Assembly: GCA_042408215.1 (NCBI GenBank)
Contig: JAYFMW010000003.1
Span: 128,001-192,000 of the forward strand
Direction of reading: 5' to 3'
DNA length: 64,000 bases
From: Microcoleus sp.
GTDB lineage: Bacteria; Cyanobacteriota; Cyanobacteriia; Cyanobacteriales; Microcoleaceae
The notes beneath the pieces were generated by a model. That model was not told where the DNA came from. It saw nothing but the letters and a program-made list of their open reading frames with translations, and did not search any database. Shown here one piece after another: positions 32,208 to 43,378 of this stretch. The position numbers and the translations under genes were made by a program. Each line of letters opens with the position of its first letter. Positions within the stretch are counted from its first letter, which is position 1.

Positions 32208-33168
32208 CTAAGAATGTTCCTGTTTTGCCTCCACCATCATCTTTACTACATCGTGCATTTTATATTTTGCCTGCCAACCTAATTTCTCCTTAGCCTTAGC
32301 AGGGTTGCCTTTGCCAAGTGCAATTTCTGTCGGTCTGTACAGACTCGTATCTATAACTGTATGTTCCTCCCAGTCTAATCCCAGAGTGGCAAACGCTTGG
32401 GCAACAAATTCTTTTAAGGCATGGCTCTCCCCAGTAGCAATTACATAATCATCGGGTTCTGACTGCTGCAACATCAGATACATTGCTTCCACGTATTCGG
32501 GAGCCCAACCCCAGTCCCGCTGTACAGAAATATTACCCAATTGCAGCTTTTCTGGACTACCCGTGGCAATCCGGCAAGCTACTGATACAATTTTTTGGGT
32601 CACAAACCGGGCTGGCCTCAGAGGGGATTCGTGATTAAACAGGATACCAGAACAAGCAAACAAATTATAGGCTTCCCGATAATTAGCGACTTCCCAAAAC
32701 GCTGTTGCCCTTGGCAACTGCATAGGGACTTCTGGGGTGAAATGAGGTGCTTTCGTCGGCTGCTTTGCCTCCTGTGTCCCCAAAGCATTCGCTAGAACTG
32801 GCATTGTATAGTTTTATTTTTCCGCCTGTAAATCGAATTGCTTCTAGGAGATTCAGTGTCCCGGTGGCAATGCTTTCTAGGGTTTCTACTGGTTGCTCGA
32901 AGGACAGTCCCACGGAAGTCTGACCTGCTAAATTGTACACCTCATCTGGCTGGATTTTGGCAAGCACTTGCAAAACGCTGCGAAAGTCATTGAGAGACAT
33001 GGATTCTAGCTTTACTGAGTCGCGGATGCCTAAGCGGGAGAGATTTTGGAATCCTGAAATTTGTGCATCCCGCGATGTACCACAGACTGAGTAGTCTTTA
33101 TCTAGGAGTAGTTTGGCTAAATAAGCTCCGTCTTGGCCGGATATACCACAAATTAGTGCTTTTTTCAT
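32208..33168 (-). pseudogene. gmd: GDP-mannose 4,6-dehydratase copy 1, +1 frameshift at ~32709 (may be a sequencing error)
   Basis: GISGQDG, SPYAVAK|ATAFWEV; one extra G relative to the intact paralog at 39840-40796. Confidence 0.85.
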
Positions 33169-33413
33169 ATAATTACCCCTAAAAACTCTTTGATGACTGC
33201 CACCTGCTTGGTGCTTGCTCAGTTTAGTACATATGCAGGCACACTGAAGGCAGATTTTGCTAGTTGACTTGACATTTGGATCAAGTGTTCCCTAGTATAT
33301 TGGACGATGTGTAAGTTTGTTCCTAATCAGGAACTTTGCAAAAGCGTCTATAGTCTGGTATCGTGTACAAGGTTTGAAATATCGTTGATTTTATAAATAT
33401 AATTGAACAGATT

Positions 33414-36400
33414 ATGAATACACCAGAAGTGGCAACACAATATTTTAACGAGGGCGATCGACTTCTAGAGTCAGGGAATCTGGAGGAGGCGATCGCAGCC
33501 TACCGCAATGCCATTGAACTAAATCCTGACCTCTCTTGGTCTCACCACAATTTAGGGGAAGCTCTGGCCAAATTAGGTAAATTGGAGGAGGCGATCGTGG
33601 CTTATCGAAGTGCCATAGAACTCAACCCTGATTTTTCTTGGTCTTATCATCACTTGGGAGATGTTCTAGAACGACAACAGCAATGGGAAGAGTCGGTGGC
33701 TGTATTTCATCAAGCGATTGAATTGAATCCTGAGCATTTTGGTTCCTATGTGGGATTAGGGAAAAGTTTAGAAAAATTGGGTCAGCTAGATAAGGCGATC
33801 GCAGCTTATCGTCGTGCTAGTGAGCTTGCTCCAGAGGTGGATTGGATTCAGTATAGACTGGGGGAGGTGCTGCAACAGCGAACTCAGTTGGATTTGGAGG
33901 GGGCGATCGCTTCTTATTGTCGTGCGATTGAGTTAAATCCAGATGATGTGCCGGCTTATCGCAAGCTCCTAGAAATTCAACCAGATCACTCGGAAGTTTG
34001 GTTGAATTTAGGGAAGGCATTGGTGAAACAAGAGCAGTGGGAAGAGGCGATAGCGACTTATCGCCACTTTACTGAGTTAAATCCAGATGATGTGCAAGCT
34101 CATTATCGCTTAGGGGAATTATTAATTAAACAGGGGAATTTAGAAGGTGCGATCGATACTTTGCGTCATTCTCTTGAACTGAGTCCCAACTCTAACGAAT
34201 CTTACTATAACTTAGGAGAAGCACTAGCAGCTCAGGGAAACGCAACCGAGGCTAGCCTCTGTTACTACAAGGCTTTTAAACTCAATCCCGATAATATGCA
34301 AGCTAATCAAAAACGCCCTCAAATTTATGACTGTTTTGCCTTTTTTAATGAATTGGATATTCTCAAAATTAGAATAGAAGAATTAAAGGATGTTGTAGAT
34401 AAATTTGTTTTAGTAGAAGCGACTAAAACGTTTAGTGGAAACCCTAAACCCTTGTACTACCAACAGTTTATCCATGAATTTGCTGAGTATCAGGACAAAA
34501 TTATTCATTATGTTGTCGATGATATGCCAGAAGTTATCAATGGCGACAGGTGGCCTCTGGAGATTCACCAGAGGGATTGTATCATTCGACCTTTGAGACT
34601 TATACCATGCAACGATAAAGACATTATTTTAATCAGCGATGTCGATGAAATACCCAGAAAAGAAAAAATAGAAGATGCTATAAATCTGTTGTTAGATAAT
34701 GATTTTGTCATCTTTACCCATGATCTGTATCATAATAATCTAGATGCTTTTCAGACTCAGTGGTGGTGTGGTACTGTAGCTTGTAAATACAAAGATTTTA
34801 AAGTTAGAACTGCCTCCCAAGTTAGGCGGGATGACGAAGGTTTTTGGACTCCAAATTGGAAAGCTGGAGGTATTAGATTAGATAAGGAAGGATTTCAACA
34901 TCCTTACATAGAGAAGGGGGGGTGGCATTTTGGTTCTTTTGGAGGTGCCAAATCACTCAGGTACAAATTGCAGAGTTTTGCTCATGCAGAGGCAGATAAT
35001 TCTAAAGAAACAGGAATGCATTTGATCAATTTTGATGTAACAAGACCTACCCATGATGAAGAGTCTCTAGGTAATTACTATTACGACATTAGAGATGTTG
35101 AAGGTAAAGATATACCAGATTACCTAAAAAAGAATATCCGTCAATACAGACACTTCTTAAAGCCAAAATTGACGCAAATGGCGATTGATCATGCTGTCCT
35201 TGAAGAAAAACAGGTAAAGTTACAGCAAGTCATAGATGACTACAACCAAATGTGGGAAAAAATTGTCAATCATGGAGATGCGGTATCAGTAATTAATGAC
35301 TGGCGACGGTTATCTGACTTAGGACAAGAGGTGAATGTGAACGTATTTAATGAAACTGGCGAATTCAACGTTGTCAAAAGATTTATTAACCAAGGTCAAA
35401 CAGTCTTTGATATTGGTGCTAATGTAGGGGGATGGACTGAAGAAGTTTTAAATGCTGTTTCTGATATCGAAGTACACCTTTTTGAAGCAGTGCCTAAAAT
35501 TTACCAGGAACTCATTAAAAACATTTCCTCCAAAAATCCTTCGGGAAAGCTCATCCCAAATAACTGTGCTGTTTCTAAAACCGACGGACTTGCTAAAATT
35601 TGTTATTATCCTGATGCGCCTCAGTGGAGTACAATCTACCGTCGGGGCTTTGATGTTGAAAGCACTTATAGTATTCAGCCTCCTCAAAGTGTGGAGGTGT
35701 TGGCAACTACCATTGACGGTTACTGTAACAGATTGGGAATCAAGAGGATTAACTTCTTGAAGATAGATGTACAAGGAGCGGAACTAGATGTATTGTCTGG
35801 CGCGATAAATTTATTGAAATCAGGGAGAATAGATTATATCCAGTTTGAGTATGGCGGTACATACCTTGATGCTGGTACAACCTTAGAGCAGATTTTTGCT
35901 TTGCTATCGCAATATCGTTATTCAATTTTTAAAATTTTGCCAGACCAGTTAGAATACCTGCCCAATTTTTCACCTAATTACGAGGATTTTCAATTCAGCA
36001 ATTTCTTAGCCGTAAATGAGAGATTCCGCTCAACAGTTTTAGGTGAACCGCCCGAAGCGATGCTTGATATTTCTCAGGTTTGTAAGCAACATTCAGTTCT
36101 CCCTAGTGGAGTTATTCATGTGGGAGCGCATGAAGGTGAGGAGTTAAAAACATACCAAGAAATGGGAATAAAGCAAGTATTATTTATTGAGGCTAACCCT
36201 GATGTAGCAGAAAGACTCAAAAAACGAATGGCTGGAATGTCGGAGGTGCAAGTAGTAAATTGTGCAATCAGCAATCAAAATGGCACAGTCGAGTTGATTG
36301 TCACCAACAATGAGATGAGTAGCTCCATTTTACCGTTGAAGGTTCATGGAGATATATACCCTACCATCCAAGTAACTCACAAATTAACAGTAGAGGCCAA

Positions 36401-37493
36401 AACCCTTGATACCCTCCTAGAAGAAATGCAGCTACAGGCTTCAGATTTTAATATATTAAACATTGATATTCAAGGTGCAGAGCTTCTGGCTTTCCAAGGT
36501 GCAACTAACTTGTTGAAATATATTGAAGTAATTAATACAGAAGTTAACTATGAAGAACTGTATGAAGGATGCGCCTTAATTGACCAGATTGACGACTTTT
36601 TAGAAGCCTATGGTTTTGAAAGGAGGGCAACTACGACACCTTATAACCCTACTTGGGGAGATGCTTGTTATGTGAAAAAGCCTTTAATTACCATGTCTAC
36701 CCTTGGTATAAATGGCCGATTCGGCAATCAGATATTTCAGTATGCGTTTTTGAAAATCTATGCCAACCAACATAATCTACGAGTAGAAACCCCTGAGTGG
36801 ATTGGGCAGTATCTTTTCGGCCACAATGATCCAATAATTTCCAGACAATTACCGATTGTTGAAGACACACATCCCGTTGTGCCAGCACAGATACCTTATC
36901 AAAAAGAACCGTATAAAAATGTTGATTTTTGGGGTTTTTTTCAGTACAGGACTACCTTCTATGCTCCCCACAAGGAGTATTTTAGATCTCTGTTTCAGCC
37001 CATCCAGGAAGTTGAAGCAACAATGAAAGTGGCTCTGGAAAATTTGAATTCCAGAGGAAAGACACTGATAGGCATACACTTACGGCGTGGCGATATTAAG
37101 GATTTCTCTCTTGACGAAAACCTGCATTATTATCCAGCCCCTACTGAATGGTACAAAAACTGGCTGAGAGATATATGGGAAAATATTGAGCAACCTGTTT
37201 TATTTGTCGCTAGTGATTCACTAGAGGAAGTTATCGATGATTTTGCCGAATTTCAACCGGTAACAGTAAAAGAACTAGGTATAGATTTGCCACCAGCTAG
37301 TTTTTATCCTGATTTTTATTTGTTGAGTCAGTGCGAGATGGTAGCGATTTCCAATAGTTCTTTTTCCTTTGTTACCTGTTTACTTAATGAAAAGAGTAAG
37401 TTATTTTACCGTCCTTGTCGCAAACGTGAAAAATTAATTCCCTTTTTCCCCTGGGACAGTTATGCTTCAGCAGAAGCTGTAAGAATGGAATGA
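33414..37493 (+). CDS. Multidomain TPR - GT17-like - FkbM - FkbM - GT11-like protein
   Basis: TPRs; IYDCFAFFNELDIL/SDVDEIP/GWHF (GT17); FDIGANVG..KIDVQGAE and HVGAHEG..NIDIQGAE (FkbM x2); GRFGNQIFQYA/HLRRGD/NSSFS (GT11). Confidence 0.85.
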   Translation: MNTPEVATQYFNEGDRLLESGNLEEAIAAYRNAIELNPDLSWSHHNLGEALAKLGKLEEAIVAYRSAIELNPDFSWSYHHLGDVLERQQQWEESVAVFHQAIELNPEHFGSYVGLGKSLEKLGQLDKAIAAYRRASELAPEVDWIQYRLGEVLQQRTQLDLEGAIASYCRAIELNPDDVPAYRKLLEIQPDHSEVWLNLGKALVKQEQWEEAIATYRHFTELNPDDVQAHYRLGELLIKQGNLEGAIDTLRHSLELSPNSNESYYNLGEALAAQGNATEASLCYYKAFKLNPDNMQANQKRPQIYDCFAFFNELDILKIRIEELKDVVDKFVLVEATKTFSGNPKPLYYQQFIHEFAEYQDKIIHYVVDDMPEVINGDRWPLEIHQRDCIIRPLRLIPCNDKDIILISDVDEIPRKEKIEDAINLLLDNDFVIFTHDLYHNNLDAFQTQWWCGTVACKYKDFKVRTASQVRRDDEGFWTPNWKAGGIRLDKEGFQHPYIEKGGWHFGSFGGAKSLRYKLQSFAHAEADNSKETGMHLINFDVTRPTHDEESLGNYYYDIRDVEGKDIPDYLKKNIRQYRHFLKPKLTQMAIDHAVLEEKQVKLQQVIDDYNQMWEKIVNHGDAVSVINDWRRLSDLGQEVNVNVFNETGEFNVVKRFINQGQTVFDIGANVGGWTEEVLNAVSDIEVHLFEAVPKIYQELIKNISSKNPSGKLIPNNCAVSKTDGLAKICYYPDAPQWSTIYRRGFDVESTYSIQPPQSVEVLATTIDGYCNRLGIKRINFLKIDVQGAELDVLSGAINLLKSGRIDYIQFEYGGTYLDAGTTLEQIFALLSQYRYSIFKILPDQLEYLPNFSPNYEDFQFSNFLAVNERFRSTVLGEPPEAMLDISQVCKQHSVLPSGVIHVGAHEGEELKTYQEMGIKQVLFIEANPDVAERLKKRMAGMSEVQVVNCAISNQNGTVELIVTNNEMSSSILPLKVHGDIYPTIQVTHKLTVEAKTLDTLLEEMQLQASDFNILNIDIQGAELLAFQGATNLLKYIEVINTEVNYEELYEGCALIDQIDDFLEAYGFERRATTTPYNPTWGDACYVKKPLITMSTLGINGRFGNQIFQYAFLKIYANQHNLRVETPEWIGQYLFGHNDPIISRQLPIVEDTHPVVPAQIPYQKEPYKNVDFWGFFQYRTTFYAPHKEYFRSLFQPIQEVEATMKVALENLNSRGKTLIGIHLRRGDIKDFSLDENLHYYPAPTEWYKNWLRDIWENIEQPVLFVASDSLEEVIDDFAEFQPVTVKELGIDLPPASFYPDFYLLSQCEMVAISNSSFSFVTCLLNEKSKLFYRPCRKREKLIPFFPWDSYASAEAVRME

Positions 37494-37500
37494 GATTAAC

Positions 37501-37546
37501 AAAATGAGGTTTACGTTTCTTTACTAAGAGTTGTGAACCTCATTTT
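37501..37546. terminator. Probable bidirectional terminator between convergent genes
   Basis: AAAATGAGGTTTAC...GTGAACCTCATTTT. Confidence 0.5.
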
Positions 37547-37584
37547 GCATTAGGTCTATAGTCTGATAAAATTGCGACTAAAAG

Positions 37585-38169
37585 CTAGTTTGGTGATAGT
37601 AAATATTCGGCAACTACTGACTTGGCGAATTGAGGAACTGAAACTATAATGTCTTCAAATACACTTGTAGATCTGCTTCCGTGTGCTGCCAATACATCTA
37701 AGACGGCGTTAATGTTTGGCCACTGTTCAGGACAGTGAGGGGGCGGGGGGGGGTTGAGAAATAGTCTTGCATCATCAATAAGTATGAAGTGATCCTGCTC
37801 TGATTTGTTAATAATTAGGAGTTCTTCAAGCAGAGGGCATTCATCACTTTCACCGTAGCTCACACCCCCACACCAGTGACTATCTAGCCAAAAAATACAA
37901 GGTTCATTCATTGATGGCACAAGAGTCGCTAGTTGCTCTTTTGAATGGCCGTATAAAAATTTTACGTTTTTAACCTGGCTGTGTGTGGCAACTGCTTGTG
38001 CATATATTTCTGGAGATGCTTCTATGGTTATAACGGTTTTAAAATGCTCTGCCGCCCAAAGCGCTGTGTTGCCGTGATAAGTACCTGCCTCAACAAACAG
38101 TTGCACGTTGTAAGCTTCTTGGAGCTTGCTTACTAGCTCTGTTGGCATTCCCATTCTTACTACACCCAT
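37585..38169 (-). CDS. SAM-dependent methyltransferase-like protein
   Basis: FVEAGTYHG, ITIE, FWLDSH, ILIDDAR. Confidence 0.65.
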   Translation of the reverse strand: MGVVRMGMPTELVSKLQEAYNVQLFVEAGTYHGNTALWAAEHFKTVITIEASPEIYAQAVATHSQVKNVKFLYGHSKEQLATLVPSMNEPCIFWLDSHWCGGVSYGESDECPLLEELLIINKSEQDHFILIDDARLFLNPPPPPHCPEQWPNINAVLDVLAAHGSRSTSVFEDIIVSVPQFAKSVVAEYLLSPN

Positions 38170-38273
38170 TTCACTCTACACCTGTTAATTAGTATTTGTA
38201 ATAGTAGGATAACATATTGAAATAATCTGTTAACTGTCAAATTATTCTATAGAGCCAGTTAAAATCGATTCGG

Positions 38274-38435
38274 CTAGCTGACAGGATAAAAGCTCTCGTC
38301 CTTCATCTTTCGATAATCCCGATCGCCACTAATCACACCTTGGTTAGTATAAGCGATCCACTGACCCCGATATTTTTTCAACTCACGGCGATTAGCCTTA
38401 TACCACTCCTCCGCTGTCGTATATTCGGCCTCCAT
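38274..38435 (-). pseudogene. Short DUF5678-like fragment
   Basis: WYKANRRELKKYRGQWIAY motif; ends abruptly. Confidence 0.45.
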
Positions 38436-38689
38436 ATTTTCACCCCATAATATTGTCTCAAACTCATTTGCGATCAAAACACCACCCAACCGAATTGCTG
38501 CAACTCCCAGTTACCCTAGGACAACCCACTTCTAGAATGATTTCCCAGAAGCCTACCACAATTTCGAGTCAGTTTTGCCCGATCGCGCCCAATGAACTCA
38601 AGCCTCCCACGAACATACCAGACCGCAGCCACTCTCAGGATGTTCCCACAGAATCGGTATAATAGACAAGCCACGACAACACGGCAATT

Positions 38690-39600
38690 GAGGACACGGC
38701 AATGTCGTTTCCCTACCCCAAAATCAGGACACGGCACTGCCGTTTCCCTACCCCAAAACGTCTTAATTGTAGGGACACGGCACTGCCGTGTCCTGACTGT
38801 GGGTAACGGGTAAAATCAACCGGATTGGATGATCGAATTGTGCTTTGAGTGCGATCGGATCTAACCATCGACAACACGGCAATTGAGGACACGGCAATGC
38901 CGTTTCCCTACCCCAAAACGTCTTAGTAGGGACACGGCACTGCCGTGTCCAGATTAAATTCGGACACGGCAATGCCGTTTCCCTACCCCAAAACGTCTTA
39001 GTAGGGACACGGCACTGCCGTGTCCAGATTAAATTCGGACACGGCAATGCCGTTTCCCTACCCCAAAACGTCTTAATTGTAGGGACACGGCACTGCCGTT
39101 TCCAGATTCAAGTCGGACACGGCAATGCCGTTTCCCTACCACAAAACGTCTTAATTGTAGGGACACGGCACTGCCGTGTCCAGATTCAAGTCGGACACGG
39201 CAATGCCGTTTCCCTACCACAAAAATCATATCCTAGGGACACGGCACTGCCGTTTCCAGATTCAAGTCGGACACGGCAATGCCGTTTCCCTACCCCAAAA
39301 CGTCTTAATTGTAGGGACACTCCAAGAGCCCATTCGTGTCAACTTAAGCCTGAAACCGTTGATAAATGTCGCTTTTAGTTGAGTCTAGATCCCCCTAAAT
39401 CCCCCTTAAGAAGGGGGACTTTGAGAAGACTCCTGTCCCACCCCCTACTCCCCTTCTTAAGGGGGGCTAGGGGGGATCTGGCCTTAATAGTCAAACAGCA
39501 GTCTCTGACTGGGTTTGACGTTAAGTTGACACCAATGGGCTCTTGGAGTGTCCAGATTCAAGTCGGACACGGCAATGCCGTTTCCCTACCCCAAAAATCA
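38690..39600. repeat. REP/BIME-like array of ~16 GTAG-type hairpins (GTAGGGACACGGCA(C/A)TGCCGTGTCC) in inverted doublets, ~75-78 bp period
   Basis: Hairpins alternate GTAG.../...CTAC with constant linkers. Confidence 0.85.
39331..39537. mobile_element. MITE family A copy 2, inserted into a REP hairpin
   Basis: Same TIRs and body as 5837-6059. Confidence 0.8.
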
Positions 39601-39604
39601 TATC

Positions 39605-39770
39605 GTAGGGGCGGGTTTTACAGACAATATTTGAGACCCAAAGACCATCTATATAAACCCGCCCCAACCCAACCAATAACCCTATATGGTTGCTGAAACC
39701 CATCGTAGGGGCGGGTTTATTAATATTGTTGGTTTTCCATTTATATTGTCTGTAAAACCCGCCCCTACAG
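39605..39770. repeat. Second REP family (GTAGGGGCGGGTTT...AAACCCGCCCCTAC)
   Basis: Two inverted pairs; another copy at ~10212-10226. Confidence 0.7.
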
Positions 39771-39839
39771 TCCATCCTTCGGGCGGATTTACCAATATTA
39801 GAGACCGACAAATAATCTAAATAAACCAGCCCCTCTATT

Positions 39840-40796
39840 TCAACCAATCCGCCTCGCCTCCACCATCATCCGCACCACATCATGCATCTTATACTTCGCC
39901 TCCCATCCCAACTTTTCCTTCGCCTTAGCCGGATTCCCCCTCCCCACAGCAATATCCGTCAGTCTGTAAAGACTTGCATCCGTCACCAAATGTTCCCGCC
40001 AATCCAAACCCGCACAAACAAAAGCCGTCTGCACAAACTCTTCCAAAGCAAAACTAGCACCCGTAGCAATTACATAATCCTCCGGTGCATCCTGCTGCAA
40101 CATCAAATACATCGCTTCCACATATTCCGGCGCCCAACCCCAATCTCGGTGCACTGAAATATTACCTAAATGCAGTTTTTCGGAACTCCCCGCAGCAATC
40201 CGACACACAACAGATACAATCTTTTGCGTTACAAATCTCTCCGGCCGCAGCGGCGACTCGTGATTGAACAGAATACCAGAACAGGCAAACAAATTGTACG
40301 CTTCCCGATAATTCGCTACTTCCCAAAATGCTGTTGCTTTTGCCACCGCGTAAGGACTTCTGGGACGAAAAGGCGTATTTTCATCCGCTGGATTGCCTCC
40401 GGTATCCCCAAAACATTCGCTGGAACTGGCATTATAAAGTTTAATTTTGCCGCCTGTAAACCGAATTGCTTCTAACAGATTCAATGTGCCAGTGGCAATA
40501 CTTTCGAGAGTTTCTACAGGTTGTTCAAAAGACAGACCGACGGAACTTTGACCGGCTAAATTGTACACTTCATCTGGCTGTATTTTCGCTAGCACCTGCA
40601 AGACGCTGCGAAAATCGTTGAGAGACATGGATTCTAGTTTTACTCTGTCCCGGATTCCCAGACGGGCTAGGTTTCCGAAACTAGACATTTGGGCGTCCCT
40701 GGAAGTGCCGGAAACTTGATAACCTTTATCTAAAAGTAGTTTGGCTAAATAAGCTCCGTCTTGACCGGATATACCAGAAATCAATGCTTTTTTCAT
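39840..40796 (-). CDS. gmd: GDP-mannose 4,6-dehydratase copy 2 (intact)
   Basis: GISGQDG, YNLAGQS, SPYAVAK, LFNHESP, RDWG. Confidence 0.93.
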   Translation of the reverse strand: MKKALISGISGQDGAYLAKLLLDKGYQVSGTSRDAQMSSFGNLARLGIRDRVKLESMSLNDFRSVLQVLAKIQPDEVYNLAGQSSVGLSFEQPVETLESIATGTLNLLEAIRFTGGKIKLYNASSSECFGDTGGNPADENTPFRPRSPYAVAKATAFWEVANYREAYNLFACSGILFNHESPLRPERFVTQKIVSVVCRIAAGSSEKLHLGNISVHRDWGWAPEYVEAMYLMLQQDAPEDYVIATGASFALEEFVQTAFVCAGLDWREHLVTDASLYRLTDIAVGRGNPAKAKEKLGWEAKYKMHDVVRMMVEARRIG

Positions 40797-40940
40797 ATTA
40801 ATTTTTTATTTTGATCGTTTGGCGGTTGAAACCGATCCTACACAAACGAAGTCTGCCTCCGCAGACTAAGAGACAGGGCTCATATCAAATCCAGTGAGCA
40901 TCGGAATTAATATTACCCGAAATTAGGAGACGGCAATGCC

Positions 40941-41137
40941 AATTAGTGTCAACTTAAGCCTGAAACTCTTGATAAATCTCGTTTTTACCATAGTCTAGAT
41001 CCCCCTAAATCCCCCTTAAGAAGGGGGACTTTGAGAAGACTCTTGTCCCCCCCGACCTAAGGGGGGTTAGGGGGGATCTGGCCTCGATCGTCAAACAGTA
41101 GTCTCTGAATGGGTTTGGCGTTAAGTTGACACCTATG
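40941..41137. mobile_element. MITE family A copy 3 in a REP hairpin
   Basis: TIRs; flanked by GGCAATGCC / GGCAGTGCC. Confidence 0.8.
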
Positions 41138-41187
41138 GGCAGTGCCGTATCCCTACGCCAGATTAATTGTAGGGACACGGCACTGCC

Positions 41188-41673
41188 CATTAGTGTCAAT
41201 TTAAGGTTGAACCTTGAGTATCTCTTGTTTGTTTGACACTCCCCGGTCTGAAGAAGCGGGGATTCTTAAGGACAAACTTTGGGGGATGAATCCACCCAAA
41301 CTTCGGTTCTTAAAGGGTAAGTCAGATACCCGCTACCCACACAGCGAGTTGCTGAGTCTCTGGCTACTTTTGTGCCTAACGGCTTGCAACTGTCGGGTTT
41401 TTCACCAACTAGGTTTCAACAACTCGATCAAACCAAAATCGGTTTGTCAAGATGGGCAGGATAAATCCTGCAACGCCCTTTCATCCCTGGACTAAAGTCG
41501 CAGGGTTTTCAGGGTATTTCTTATAAAAGTCTAGATCCCCCCTAGCCCCCCTTAAGAAGGGGGGGACAAGAAATATTCTCTTTCGTCCCCCGACTATCCG
41601 GGGGATTTAGGGGGATCTAGACTGAGGTAAAAGCGAGATTTCTCATGGTTTCAGGCTTAAGTTGACACTAATA
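41188..41673. mobile_element. MITE family A copy 4, with 9-bp flanking duplication GGCACTGCC and a nested IS200/605 mini-element
   Basis: CATTAGTGTCAA...TTGACACTAATA. Confidence 0.75.
41233..41522 (-). mobile_element. Non-autonomous IS200/IS605 mini-element (TTAT target), copy A
   Basis: Left end TTAT|AAGAAATACCCTGAAAACCCTG; right end GAATCCCC..GGGGAGTGTCAA; ends match 49556-49854. Confidence 0.8.
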
Positions 41674-41795
41674 GGCACTGCCGTCTCCTCTATATCATAA
41701 GGACTAATGAGTCCTCATAGCGAGGACTGTCTTCTTTGAGGCAGGGGTTCAAACCCCTGCCGGACTGCCGGAAAGAAGTCGGGGATTTAGGGGAT

Positions 41796-42815
41796 TTAAG
41801 CTTCCCAACGTTGGGCGACTAATTCAGCCAAGTCAACTACTCGCTGACTGTAGCCCCATTCATTGTCGTACCAAGCCAACAATTTGACCATATCGCCGTC
41901 CATGACTAGGGTCAAGCTGGAATCCAGAATCGAAGAAGCATCATTTCCCCGATAGTCGCAAGAAACCAAAGGCAAATCGTTGTACTCCAAAATCCCTTTG
42001 AGTGGGCCTTCGGCAGCTTCCTTGAACACTTGATTTACTTGCTCGGCAAAAGTCTTTTTCTCTACCTGAGCCACAAAATCCACTACGGAGACATTGGGAG
42101 TCGGCACGCGCATGGCAATACCATTTAACTTACCCTTCAATTCTGGAATCACCAAAGCCACAGCTTGAGCCGCGCCTGTAGAAGTCGGCACAATATTCAT
42201 CGCTGCCGCCCTGGCCCGCCGCAAGTCGCGGTGGCTAGCATCCAGCAAGCGTTGGTCGCCAGTATAGCTGTGGGTAGTGGTCATCATGCCCTTGACGATG
42301 CCAAAATTTTCGTGAAGTACCTTCAGCACAGGAGCTAGACAGTTAGTGGTACAGCTAGCATTGCTGATGACTGTGTAGTCACTGTGCTTGTAGTTGTGGT
42401 GGTTGACTCCCATCACAAAAGTGCCAACTTCCGGGCCCTTGCCGGGAGCTGTAATTAGCACTTTTTTAGCGCCGGCAGTGATATGCTTGGATGCACCCGC
42501 CTGGTCAACGAAGACGCCGGTCGCTTCAATAATCAGATCAATACCCCACTCTTTCCAAGGCAAGTTTAGCGGGTTGCGATCGCTCACGCATTTAACTGTC
42601 TTGCCGTTGAGGGTAATCGAATTTTCATCCGTGCTGATGTCCACACCCTTCAACGTTCCCATCATGGAATCGTATCTCAGCAAGTGAGCATTAGTTTTCG
42701 GATCGGAAGTGTCATTAATAGCAACCAGCTCAAGCTGGCTGTTTTCTCTGCCCAGCCAGCAGCGCGCAAAACTGCGCCCGATACGCCCAAAACCATTGAT
42801 CGCGACTCGAATCAC
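41796..42815 (-). CDS. gap2: Glyceraldehyde-3-phosphate dehydrogenase (cyanobacterial Gap2 type)
   Basis: [40 protein letters not shown]. Confidence 0.93.
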   Translation of the reverse strand: MIRVAINGFGRIGRSFARCWLGRENSQLELVAINDTSDPKTNAHLLRYDSMMGTLKGVDISTDENSITLNGKTVKCVSDRNPLNLPWKEWGIDLIIEATGVFVDQAGASKHITAGAKKVLITAPGKGPEVGTFVMGVNHHNYKHSDYTVISNASCTTNCLAPVLKVLHENFGIVKGMMTTTHSYTGDQRLLDASHRDLRRARAAAMNIVPTSTGAAQAVALVIPELKGKLNGIAMRVPTPNVSVVDFVAQVEKKTFAEQVNQVFKEAAEGPLKGILEYNDLPLVSCDYRGNDASSILDSSLTLVMDGDMVKLLAWYDNEWGYSQRVVDLAELVAQRWEA

Positions 42816-42884
42816 CTTAGTACCTCCTAACGATGGCAGCCCCTAACTTAGGGTAAAATTTTGGAAAAATTTAAGAATTGACTT

Positions 42885-43255
42885 TTGACATTCTCACCGG
42901 GCTAAAGCCACGGTGATTCCCAAACCTCACGATTTGAGTTTCTGCTTCATCGCAACTGCCTCCACCCACAAGGAGTTTTCTGGTCTTATGTTCGCTCCAC
43001 AGACTAACCCCGCTAGCCCAGCGGTTTTTATGCGTCGAATACCTAAAAGGAATTCTTATCTGTTGTTTTGATTCCAGGGATGTTTACCATTGCCCTATCC
43101 TCTTTTCCCGGTCTACCGATTTGTCTGCGCCGCCAGGTTGTACTGGACTTCGCTCGTTAGGCTGTCTGAATCCATCGTCGCGGGTGGGTCATTGACCACA
43201 CTATAGTTTAATATAAAGCCGTCCTAAAACGACGGGGTTTCCACCCACCTTTCTG
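42885..43255 (-). mobile_element. Non-autonomous IS200/IS605 mini-element (TCAT target) in the gap2 upstream region
   Basis: TCAT|CAGAAAGG..GAAA-CCCCGTC..GACGG left end; GAAT-CACCG..CGGTG-AGAATGTCAA right end; no ORF. Confidence 0.75.
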
Positions 43256-43378
43256 ATGACACCAGATCATATCGCAAAGCTCGATCCTTTCTAACTTTTT
43301 GTGTTTATCAAAAAAACCTGAACTTTTTTAGAAGCCAGAAATCGCAAATCTGAAAGGATTGGGCTCGATCGCCGCTGG

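Noticed and set aside
38690..39600. CRISPR array
   Set aside because: Hairpin repeats alternate in orientation and linkers are constant rather than unique spacers; no cas genes. It fits REP/BIME.
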